This document shows, in pieces, positions 1 through 10,960 of a DNA stretch of 64,000 bases (position 1 is the first letter of the stretch; each line of letters opens with the position of its first letter). The notes below the pieces were generated by a model, which saw only the letters and a program-made list of their open reading frames with translations, ran no database searches and had not been told where the DNA came from. The translations under genes were made by a program, and so were the position numbers. The stretch lies in NCBI RefSeq assembly GCF_963921235.1, contig NC_086109.1, forward strand, positions 36,148,001-36,212,000, read 5' to 3'. Source of the DNA: Mobula hypostoma (lineage: Eukaryota).

Positions 1-570
1 CCCGTCTCAGCAATATATTCCCTCTGGTATTAGATATTTCAACCCTGGGAAACAGATACTCCCTGTCTGCTCTACCTATGCCTTTCATAATCTTAGAAAC
101 AGTTATCAGATCTCCCCTCAGCCTCCTATGCTCCAAAGAAAACGACCCAAGTTTATCCAGCCTCTTGTGCTCTCTACCCTGTAAATAGGCAGCATCCTGG
201 TAAATCTTGTCTGCACCCTCTCCAAAGCCTCAACATCCTCCTGAAAGTAGGGTGACCAGAACTGTATGTAATACTCTGTGATATTGCCTAACCAGAGTTT
301 TATGAAGTTGCAACATAACCTCTTGACTTTTGAACTCTATGCCTCAACTAATAAAAACAGGCATTCCTCAAGCCTTCTTAGCATCTTATCAACCTGTGTA
401 GCCACTTTCAAAAAGCCATGAATTTGGATCACAAGATCTCTCTGCTCAGCAACACTGTTAAGCAACTTGCCCTTAACAGTGTATAGTCTCTTTGCATTTG
501 CCCTGTTGAGGTACAACACCTCACATATATCTGGGTTAAACTCCATCTGCCATTTCTCTGCCCATATTCG
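1..570 (-). mobile_element. CR1 LINE, 3' part of ORF2 (RT C-terminus); left piece of an element split by a nested CR1
   Basis: ORF 337..576 reads WAEKWQMEFNPDICEVL...QRDLVIQIH, typical of the CR1 ORF2 C-terminus. The sequence resumes collinearly at ~3637 (cccatat|atctgcaaatgatctatatc). Confidence 0.9.
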
Positions 571-3500
571 AAGCAAGAAGGCTGTGAGTGGAACGTCTGA
601 AAGGATTTTCAGAGAGAAGACATTTTACTGCTCAGGGTAAAGAGAGGCAAGACTGTGCTGGCGTGTGACATTAGCCAGTAGAGAGCGGGAAGAGTTTAAA
701 AAGAAGACTGCCATATACAGCGAGCAGCATTTGGAGTGAGAGGGCAGCAGAATGATAGGGCTTTGGCTCAAACGGGGCTTCGGTGAAGAAGGGTCTCGGC
801 AAAGAACTGATTCACAGAGATTCACAGATAACTGCCTTCGACCTCCCCAGCAGACTCTTCCCTTTCTCCCGTGGCCCTTTTCCACTAACATCGGTTGCTT
901 TGTCATGGCAGGTATGCTCAGACCCATGCCATGCTCCTCCTGCGACATGTGGGAACTCAGGGAGGCTGACAGTGTCCCCGAAGACTATGTGTGCAGGAAG
1001 TGTGTCCAGCTGTAGCTCCTGATAGACCGCATGGCAGCACTGGAGCTGTCCATGGACTCACTTTGGAGCATCCCAGATGCTGAGAAAGTTGTGGATAGCA
1101 CGTTTAGTGAGTTGGTCACTCCGTAGTTTAAGGATCTAAGGAAAGATAGGGAATGGGTGACCAACAGGAAGGGTAGTAGCAGGAAGGTAGTATAGGAGTC
1201 TCCCGTGGTCATCTCCCTCCAAAGCAGATATACCACTTTGGAGTCTGTTGGAGGAGATGGCTCATCAGGTGAAGGCAGCAGTAGCCAGGATCATGGCACC
1301 GTGGGTGGCTCTGCTACGCACGCGGGCAAGAAAAAGAGTAGCGGAGCTGTTGTGGTAATAGATAGGAGCAAGCGAGTCTTCTGTATGGTGTGTCGCCTCC
1401 TGGGTGCAAGGGTCAGAGATGTTTGGGAGAAGCTGCAGGGTATTCTGAAAGGAGATGGTGAGCTGCCAGCTGTCATGGTATATGGGGTATATGGGGTGTC
1501 AGGGAGGGGTAGCACGTCTGGTGGGGGAACATGTAACGTCCTTCTCAAGGTGGTTAGTCCAGCTTTGGTCCCCACCTGGCACTCAGCTCTCACCTGTGGC
1601 TCCCCATAGTTGTTTGCATGCGACAGTGGCCACACCCCGGGCAACAGCTTTGACAAGCCGGCTAAACCAGATGAGGGTAGCCGACGGGTCTCAAACCCTC
1701 GGTGAGATAGGGCGTTGTCTATTCCCGCATGTGAAGACAGACTCCGGCGGATTGAGCGGACGAGACCTATGGAAGGTCCAACGGTCAAGAAGACGGTCTC
1801 TGCAAGCGTCGTGGAACATGTAGAGCAGGACAAGACACAGAAGACATCCTGGTCATCCACTGCGCCTAGTCCCATCTCCAGCCGTCTAGACTCTGTCTTG
1901 CCACTGGATCCAGATGGGAATTGGAAAGAAAAAGTGAGGCAGACGCTGCGCAACTCTCCCTCACTTAAATCCAAATCACGCGCTGGTTTCGACACCATCA
2001 TAATGGTGTCGAGGTCCTCATCGACGTCGATGATGGACGAACATAGGTACTAACAATATAGGAAGGAAGCGTGATGAGGCCCTACAAGCTGAATTTAGGG
2101 AGCTAGGAGATAAATTAAAGAGTAGGACCTCAAAGGTAATAATCTCAGGATTATTACCAGTTCCACGTGCTAGCCAGAGTTGGAATAGCAGGATAGCTGG
2201 AATGAGTATGTGGCTTGGGCGGTGGTGCAGGAGGGAGGGTTTCAGATTCTCGGGGCACTGGAACTGCTTCTGGGGGAGGTGGGGCCAGTACCATCCAGAC
2301 GGTCTACATCTGGGCAGAGCCAGGTTCAATGTCCTAGGGAGATTGTTTGCCAGTGCTGTTGGGGAGGTTTTAAACTAATATGGCAAGGGGATGGGAACAC
2401 ACACAGAAAAGAACAGGGAAGTGATGCAGAGACCAAAGCTAGAGTTAGTGAAGAAAAAAGTAAGAGTGGAGTGCATAGAAGTAAAAAGCAAAAATCACAT
2501 AGGTCACTAGATTCTAAAAGGCCAATGAGTATGAGGGCACTTTATCTAAATGGCCATAGTATTAGAAACAAGGTTAATAAACTTGTGGCACAGATTGGTA
2601 CTAAGGCATTTGATTTAATGGCCATTACAGAAACCTGGTTGCAAGGTGGAGATGACTGGGAATTGAATATCCAAGGGTATCAGGTAATACGGAAAGACTG
2701 GCAGGAAGGCAAAGGAGGTGGGGTGGCACTCTTAATTAAGGATGAGATCAGGGCGATTATGAGAGACAATATAAGATCTATGGAGCAGAATGTTGAGTCC
2801 ATCTGGGTAGAGAATAAGAGTAGTAAAGAGAAAAATCACTGGTGGGAGTTGTCTATAGGCTACCTAATAAAAATATTGTAGTGGCAGAGGCGATTAACCA
2901 AGAAATAACTGAGGCTTGTAAGAACAGAATGGTGGTTGTCATAGGGGATTTTAACTTCCACATAAATTGGGTGAATCAGGTTGGTCAAGGAAGTCTTGAG
3001 GAGGACTTCATAGAATGTATCCGTGATGGCTTTCAAGAGCAGTGAGCTCATGCTGCAACTATACAGGGTACTGGTAAGGCTACACCTGGAGTACAGTGTG
3101 CAGTTTTGGTCTCCATACTTGAGGAGGGATATACTGGCTTTGGAGGCAGTGCAGAGGAGGGTCACCAGGTTGATTCCAGGGATGAAGGGGTTAACCTATG
3201 AGAAGAGATTGAGTCGCCTGGGACTATACTCTCTGGAATTCAGAAGAATGAGAGGGGATCTTATAGAAACGTACAAAATTTTGAAAGGGATAGATAAGAT
3301 AGAAGTAGGAAAGTTGTTTCCATTGGTAGGTGAGACTAGAACTAGGGGACATTGCCTCAAGATTCAGGGGAGAAGATTTACAATGGAGATGAGGAGAAAC
3401 TGTTTTTCCCAGAGAGTGGTGAATCTGTGGAATTCTCTGCCCAGGAAGGCAGTTGAGGCTTCTTCTTTAAGATACAGTTAGGTAGATTTTTACATAGTAT

Positions 3501-3636
3501 GGGGAATTAAGGGTTATGGAGAAAAGGCAGGTAGATGGAGCTGAGTTTACGGACAGATCAGCCATGATATTGAATGGCGGGGCAGGCTCGATAGGTTGGA
3601 TGGCCTACTCCTGCTCCTATTTCTATGTTCTTATGT
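571..3636 (+). mobile_element. CR1 LINE with 5'UTR, ORF1 (Cys-rich zinc finger plus SGNH esterase-like region), APE domain, internally deleted RT, and 3'UTR
   Basis: ORF1 starts at ~906 (MAGMLRPMPCSSCDMWE...YVCRKC) and shows an IGTNNIG esterase-like motif at ~2043. APE motifs AITETWL, GGGVALL and VIGDFN lie in 2530-3030. The RT C-terminus is ORF 3023..3481, and a ttctatg-type tail follows at ~3621-3635. Confidence 0.9.
1481..2042 (+). mobile_element. Unclassified non-autonomous SINE-like element inserted in CR1 ORF1
   Basis: It interrupts the ORF1 motif (VMV|IGTNNIGRKRDE). A diverged homolog lies on the minus strand at 16783-18210. The 3' end carries hairpins. Confidence 0.7.
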
Positions 3637-5815
3637 ATATCTGCAAATGATCTATATCACAGTGTTCTTTGCCAGTTTTCTATAGTATTCACAACTCCAC
3701 CAATCTTAGTATCATCCACATAGTTACTAACCCACCTGTCTACATTTTCATCCGGACTATATATATACACATCATAAACAGCAGATGTCCCAACACAGAC
3801 CCCAGCAGAGCATCACCAATTACAGAATTCCAGCTTGAATAGGTCTCTTCAAACACAACCCTCTGACTTCTACGTGCAGCGACTTCTGAATCCAAACAGC
3901 CAATTTGACATGGACCCCATGCATCTTAATCTTCTGGATTAGCCTCCCATGAGGGATTTTGTCAAATGTCTTACACAAATCCATGTAGACAACATTCACT
4001 ACCCTACCTTCAGCAATCTCTCTCATCATCTTGTATAAACTCCATCAAGTTGATAAGGCATGACCTGTCCCATACAAAGCCATGCTGGCTCTCCCTAATT
4101 AGGCCCTGGGCTGGGTTTCCAAATGCTCATATATCCTATCCCTAAGAATTTTCTCCAACAGTTTCCCTACAACTGATGTGAGACTCACCACTCTATAGTT
4201 CCCAGGATTTTCTTTTGTTCCTTTCTTAAATAGAGGTAAAACATTAGCTACTTACCAACCTTCCAGGACCTTGCCTGTGCTCAGAGACAACGTGAGGATA
4301 CTGGTCAAGGGCCCAGCAATCTCGTCTCTTGTCTCCTTCAATAACCTGGAGCAAATTCCATCATGCTCTGAGGACTTACTCACCTTATACTCATTAAGAG
4401 ACCCAAGACTTCCTCCTCCTTGACCCGTAAAGCCCCTAACAGATTTATATCTCAGCACTGATTTTCTAGTCCTCTATGTCCTTTTCCTTGGTAAATACTG
4501 AAGCAATGTACTCATTAAGTACCTCACTCACATTCTGTGCATCCAAACAAATGTTCCCCTGTTCATCCCTGAGTGGTCCCACCCTCTGCATGGTTTTTGT
4601 CTTTCTCTTGATGTACGTGTAGGATGCCTTGGGATTCACCCTAATCCTACTTGCCAAGGACTTTTAATAGTCCCTCCTTGCTTTCCTGATTCCCTTCTTG
4701 CGTTCTGTTCTGATTTCTTTATACTCATCATGTGCTTTGTTTGAACCTAACTTCCGAAGCTTTACAAACTTTTCCTTTCTCTTCTTAATTAAATTCATCA
4801 CCTCTCTGGACATTAAAGGTTTGCTTATTTTTCCATCCCTGTCCTTCCAGCTAACAGGAACACACCTTTTGTGTACTCTGTGCAATTGATCTTTAAACAC
4901 CTTCCACATGTCCGATGTGGACTTGACAGAAAGAAAAGGTGTTCCCAATTAACTTTTCTTAGTTCCTGTCTAATGCCCTAGTAACCTACTCCAATTTAAA
5001 GCTCTCCTGCGAGGACCATACCTATCCCTACCTTTAGCTATCCTGAAAGTTAAGGAGCTGTGGTTACTGTTCCCTAACTGCTCACCCACTGCAAGGTCAG
5101 TCACCTGGCCAGGCTCATATCCAACATCAGTTCCGGTACTGGCCCTGCTCTTGTTGAACCACACACATATTGATTTAAGAAACCTTCCTGGATACACTTA
5201 ACAAATCCTGCCCCATCTAAACCCCTTGCATTAAGAAGTTCCCAGTTTATGTTAGAGAAGTTGAGTTCCCCATGACAACAACTCTATCACTTTTACACAT
5301 TTCCTTAATCTGATTACATATCTGTTCCTCAGTGTCCTGGTGGCTACTGGGGGGCGGGGGGGGGGAGGGGGTGGGTCTATTGTACAATTCCAAGTTTGTG
5401 ATTGCACCCTTCCTATTGCTGAGTTCCACCCAAATGGACTCAGTGCCTGACCGCTCCACTATGTCTCCCCTGAGCACAGCTGTGATATTGCCCCTGATCA
5501 GTAGAGCAACCCCACTTTGCCTCCTTCTCTATCTTTTCTAAAACTTACAAAAACCTGGTACATTAATCACCCATTCCTGCCCCTCTCTCAACCAAGTTTC
5601 TGTAATGGTAGTTCCATCGTAGTTGCATGTACTGATTCGTGCTCTAAATTCATGGCCCTTATCCATAATACTCTTAGCATTAAAATATACATACTTCAAA
5701 CAGTCTGAACTATCATAACTGTTATTTCAATTTTGTCTTTCAATACTTTCCCTGACATCTACCTTCCAGTCTGATCCTTCCCTTACTGACGTGGTGCTCT
5801 GGTTCCCAACTTGCT
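3637..5815 (-). mobile_element. CR1 LINE ORF2 remnants (APE and RT), degraded
   Basis: ORFs read VYMDLCKTFDKIPHGRL (RT), TESIWVEL...VVVMGN (APE) and VNPKASYTYIKRK. This piece continues the 1-570 piece. Confidence 0.85.
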
Positions 5816-7682
5816 GTACAGATCAAACAGAATTATTACAAAGACTATTTGTATGGTGCATTCTGCAACATGAGGATTCTTGTAATGTCTCAATGTTATT
5901 TGTCCACATATAGTAGTTCCCAGATCAGGGACAATGAAGCATTCTAGGCGTGCATTTAGATGTGTGGGAAGAACTCTGTTCCTCAAGCATCTAATGTTTA
6001 ATATTGTGCACTCCACCAAGTGACATATCAAAACTCTGTGCAATGGTGTTCTTCTTTACTTACATTAGATGAGTCACTGCTTGGAAAAGACTGGCATTCC
6101 ATCCATTTATTGGGAAGTTCTGGTCTTGAAGCATCTGTCAGCTTTAGTTACTCAAGCAACTAACAGAGGTGGGGATGCCAACAGAATGTCCTCTACCACA
6201 CATTGCACATTTTTTTAGACATATAATAACACTCATATCTGCCACTGGTATAAAAAGGCATGTCATTATTTTTCAGTTCATAACAATTATATTTATAAAA
6301 TGAAGCTCAATGTTACTTTTGTGTGTCTTATGGTCAAATTAGAAATCTGTGTTCAGAGTTTAATGGTGTCATAATAAAAGACTGAAAACAAAGCAGGAAA
6401 CACACATCAAAGTTGCTGGTGAACGCAGCAAAACATAACAGGAATAGAGTTTTTGTCTGTTTATTAACAAGTAATATTTTATGTTGCAAAGAGTCAAAGG
6501 ATTTAAGTTAAAATATCCATCTTCTTCTTAATGGTGTCCTGGCACTTACAGCCAAATAGCAAATTCTCCTAAAAGAAAGAACTGCAGCCTGTCCCAAGAA
6601 ACTGAATGTAACAGTTTGGAAAGCATTTCTACTACAGTGTCTACTAACAGCAACATTGGCAGTAAAAATGCATGTAAGAAAAGTCAATATCTATTTTCCA
6701 CAAATAAGCATTATAACAATAATTAGGAGACATACAGTATATTTGAAGAAGTAAGAGTAATTCCCACAGACATTGTAAAGGGGAAAAAAATTCAGAGACA
6801 AAATGGGACAACTTATAAAAAAATATCCAATTAAAGGATGCCAGTAAATCGGCAGAAAGATGGGGTTTAACATTTCAAAGTTAACCTGTGACCATTCAAG
6901 ATAATTCCAGGCAGTGATAATAAAATTATGTGGTAACCATAATGAATGTAGGCCCAGCTAGCTCTAATTGTGCTCTTCATTGGTTCTATGTATCAGCAAA
7001 GGCCAACCTTGTGAAATTGAATACCAGTTCAATCTACACCAGACCAATTAAATTGAAGTGTAATGCAGCTGAAGCTGGTGCTGGCAGACATAATTGACAT
7101 TGGTCTGAGAAACTACAAAGAACATTATTGCTCAGGGGAAAGTGAATGGCACTAATTTGGGCTCATGCATGTTACATCATCGAGAAAGATGGAATTGTTA
7201 ATTTTCTGCATAATCAGTTTTGGTTGTTGATATTGTTTTGCAGCTTCCATTACCACTTTCTACTGTAAACAAGGTGCTGAAACTCCTTTCAGGGACTCTG
7301 ACTGTGGTGATGTCCACTGGTTCATCTGGAAGTACTCTCACTCATTCAGGGCCTGTGTTCACTTGTTAGGTGCCATGGCCTTCCGCAAATTTAGACGAGA
7401 CAATTCTCTGTTATCCCCAAATATATGTTTACAGAATATTACGCTGACACAACCAAGCCCACCATAGCACAAGACCACCACTATTCCAGGTAAACTGAAT
7501 AAAGTTATTCACAATGGGACTAGATTTTGCTTCAGAAGTATTACCTGTCATCTGGATTTAAATGCACGTGTTTCCTGTTTAAACTGTGAATCACAGGGAG
7601 ATGAAATGTTTCCAACTGTGTGACTCATGACACTGACAGAAAGTACTGTTGAGGTTTAATTTGATGAGAGTATACTTAATAT

Positions 7683-8745
7683 AACCATAGAACACTACAG
7701 CACAGAAAACAGGCCATTCCGCCCTTCTACTCTGTGCCAAAACTTTATTCTGCTAGTCCCATTGACCTGCATCCAGTCCATAACCCTCCAGACCTCTCCC
7801 ATCCATGTATCTATCCAACTTATTCTTAAAACTTAAGAGTGAGCCCCCATTTACCACGTCAGATGACAGCTTGTTCCACACTCCCACCACTCTCTAAGTG
7901 AAGAAGTTCCCCCTAATGTTCCCCCTAAACCTTTCCCCTTTCACTCTAAAGCCATGTGCTCTCATATTTATCTCTCCTAATCTAAGTGGAAAGATCCTAC
8001 TCGTATTTACTCTGTCTATACCCCTCAAAATTTTGTAAACCTCTATCAAATCGCCCCTCAGTCTTCTATGCTCCAAGGAATAAAGTCCTAACCTGTTCAA
8101 TCTTTCCCTGGAACCTAACTCCTGAAGGCCCAGCAACATCCTAGTAAATCTTCTCTGGACTCTTTCAATCTTACTGATATTCTTCCTATAGTTAGCTGAG
8201 CAGAACTGCACACAATACTCCAAATTTGGCCTCACCGTAACATCCCAACTCCTATACTCACTACTTTGATTCATGAATGCCAGGATGCCAAAAGCCTTCT
8301 TTACAACCCTGTCTACCTGTGACGCCACTTTCAGGGAATTATGTATCTGAATTCCCAGATCCCTTTGTTTATCCACACTCCTCAGTGTCCTACCATTTAC
8401 TGTGTATGTTCTACCTTGATTTGTCCTTTCAAAATGCAACACCTCACACTTATCTGCATTAGATTCCATCTGCCATTTTCTGGGCCATTTTTCCAGTTGG
8501 TCCAGATCCCTCTACAAGCTTTGAAAGCCTTCCTCGCTGTCACAACGCCTCCAATCTTAGTGTCATCAGCAAACTTGTTGATCCAATTTACCACATTATC
8601 ATCTAGAACATTGATATAAACAACAAACAACAATGGTCCCAGCACAGATCCCTGAGGCACACAACTAGACACAGGCCTCCAGTCTGAGAAGCAATCATCC
8701 ACTACCACTCTCTGTCTTCTCCCACACAGCCAATTTCGAATCCAC
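7683..8745 (-). mobile_element. CR1 LINE, 5'-truncated
   Basis: ORF 8397..8708 has VPQGSVLGPLLF and KFADDTK. ORF 7894..8469 is the RT C-terminus. The CR1 3'UTR extends to ~7683. Confidence 0.92.
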
Positions 8746-9049
8746 TAATTTCATGACTCAGATTTACAAACTTAAGCACAATGACGTTTATGCCACTCAT
8801 ACCTATGGGATCATTGTGCAATGTATTATTAAGTTGATAAATTAAAGGTGAACATATGATGTGGCTGAAAGTGACTTGTTTTTGTTTAATTTACAATGTT
8901 AATATTTTTCTTAATATCACTTTCCTGCATAACCACAACGTTACCCTTCAAGCATTATTTTTTAATATGAAAATTTAGGTATAAATGATTTTTGCAATTT
9001 AACATCAATTGTGAATTTTTTTACATGACTCTCAAGAATAGTTTCAACA

Positions 9050-9835
9050 GTTCCATTTCATATCAGAGAAATGTATACAATATACATTTTGAAATTCTTG
9101 TTCTTCTCAGATATCCACGGAGTGCCCCAAAGAATGAATGACAGTAAAACTGTTAAAACCGCAAAACCTCGCTCCTTCCACTCCCCCACCTACCTTAGCA
9201 AAAACAAAGCATCAGTACCCTCCACCCACCAAGCAAGCAATTGCAAAGCCCCAAGGCTATGCTCTGGAGCACAATAAAAACTAATTGTTCACCCAATAAT
9301 TCGACATACCACAGGTTCTCTCTCTCTCTCTAATAAAGAGGCAGAGAGGTGTCACTGCGAGAGGGGAGACATAAAACAACTCACTGATTTATGTTGATGA
9401 AGTCTGTCACGCCACTTTTTTTTCGAGTTCTCCAACTCGAGAATCGGCAACAAACTCCTCCCACCACCAAGAGAGAGTGCAATTTGCTGATTACAGGGCC
9501 TCTGATAGCTGGTCCACTGCTCCCAATGTTCTGTTTTGCTCCCACAACGCTTCAGTCGGTGGCACCAGTTTAGAATCAGCCCGTCCACAGGGTTGTGAAA
9601 CCCCAGAACCCCGAAGGCAAGATCGTCTTCTAGTTCGCATCCTAGGGACTTCCAAAAGCACCCCGGACTGGGTCCCACCACTGCAAAGAGTCGAAGTTTG
9701 AGTGTAACTCCAGGTCAGGGTTTTCAACAGAACCCCATCCACCCTGAAAAGAAAAAAAGAGAGACTGCCAAGGTAGAAATTAAGCTGTTTTCACAGATTA
9801 ACTTGAAGGAGTCAACACTAAGCACCATCGTAACA
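9050..9835 (-). mobile_element. Probable non-autonomous LINE-derived element (5' leader plus 3' tail, no coding region)
   Basis: It is a non-coding block with a gatgg-type 5' start on the minus strand near 9830. Its organisation resembles 41545-42400. Confidence 0.35.
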
Positions 9836-10529
9836 TCACCAAAATATCATCTGCCTTATTGAATTGGGGTTTATTAAATTTTGCAAAAAATATTAGATGC
9901 AAGTCTGAAGAATTCCAAGTGACACTTTAGCACTTTGGGAGCTCGCAGCATGTAAGGTGTCTGTACAAGTTAATCACTGTAGTTAAATAAACATTTAACA
10001 ATGTTTATTCGTAGCAGCTGATTTCTTACACTATAGATTTGCTAAATGTTTACTAATAGCCTCTTTCTTGACCCCAGGCACTAGTGGCATGAGAAGAAAA
10101 GATTTAAAAAATTCTCTCTCTGTGTGTTTTTCTCAATGCTTGTGGATTGAACTTTTATTTATTGAGGTACCTTTCATTCAGTTGTTGGGACTCCACCTAG
10201 AGCAAGGATCGTGATCAATAGGTGCCTAGGACGGACCCAGGGTGATTTCAGGAGTTGGAATTTGGAGCTCCCTCCACAACAACAACAATCAAATGGTGGT
10301 TGAGAAGTGAGAGCCCTGAAGTCTTTGTGGATGTAATTTGTAACTTACTATGTAGTATTTGGTGTGGTTTATTTGTGCTTTCTGTTGTATGGTAATACAT
10401 TATGCTATGTTATTTAGTTGTGTTTGTACACTTATTATCACTTTTCTGGACACTTGAATTGGTTTGGGTCTTTTGAATCTGATCAACTCAGCCCATCACA
10501 CTTACTAATGTAGATCTGCTTGTCCCAAG

Positions 10530-10960
10530 GACAGCAAAGTAGCATACCTGATGGAGCTGCTCAAGCACATTTCCAATGATCTGGGTTCACTCCTGATTGC
10601 TGGCATTGTCGGTGGATGGGTTACACATACAAAATGCTAGATGAATTCAGCAGGTCAGGCAGCCTCTGTGAACAGGAAAAAAAATTTTGATATTTGGGGC
10701 TGAAGTCCTTCATCAAGACTGGAGGACTTTGCAGGTTCTTCCTGGGACTGGTTCCAGCAGGCATTCTAGTTTTTTCTCATATCTCAAGGATGAGCATGTT
10801 GGTGGATTAATTGGCCTCTTGTAAATTGTACCTTGTAAAAATGTGAGACAGAATCTTGTGGGTTAACAGGTATATGGAGTGGACAATATGGGTAAGGACA
10901 GGATAAATGTAATAAGATGTTTGTTGGTTGGATTAGACTTGATGGGACAAAGGTTTTAAA
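10530..10960 (+). mobile_element. Degraded V-SINE/HE1-like tRNA-derived SINE, interrupted by a Penelope-terminal fragment (~10620-10725)
   Basis: It has a B-box-like gggttcactcc followed by a degraded V-domain (tttgcaggttcttcc...ttctcatatctcaaggatg...ttggtggattaattggcc). Confidence 0.6.

Noticed and set aside
1660..1705. Hammerhead ribozyme in the unclassified SINE-like element (cagatgag...aaac)
   Set aside because: The core reads CAGAUGA rather than CUGANGA, there is no GAAA box, and the second copy reads caggtga.
1291..2053. ORFs of 236, 122 and 112 aa as host genes
   Set aside because: They overlap a non-coding mobile insert and CR1 ORF1, span the junctions, and show no recognisable domain.
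10530..10610. tRNA gene
   Set aside because: The B-box-like motif belongs to a degraded SINE head and no cloverleaf can be formed.
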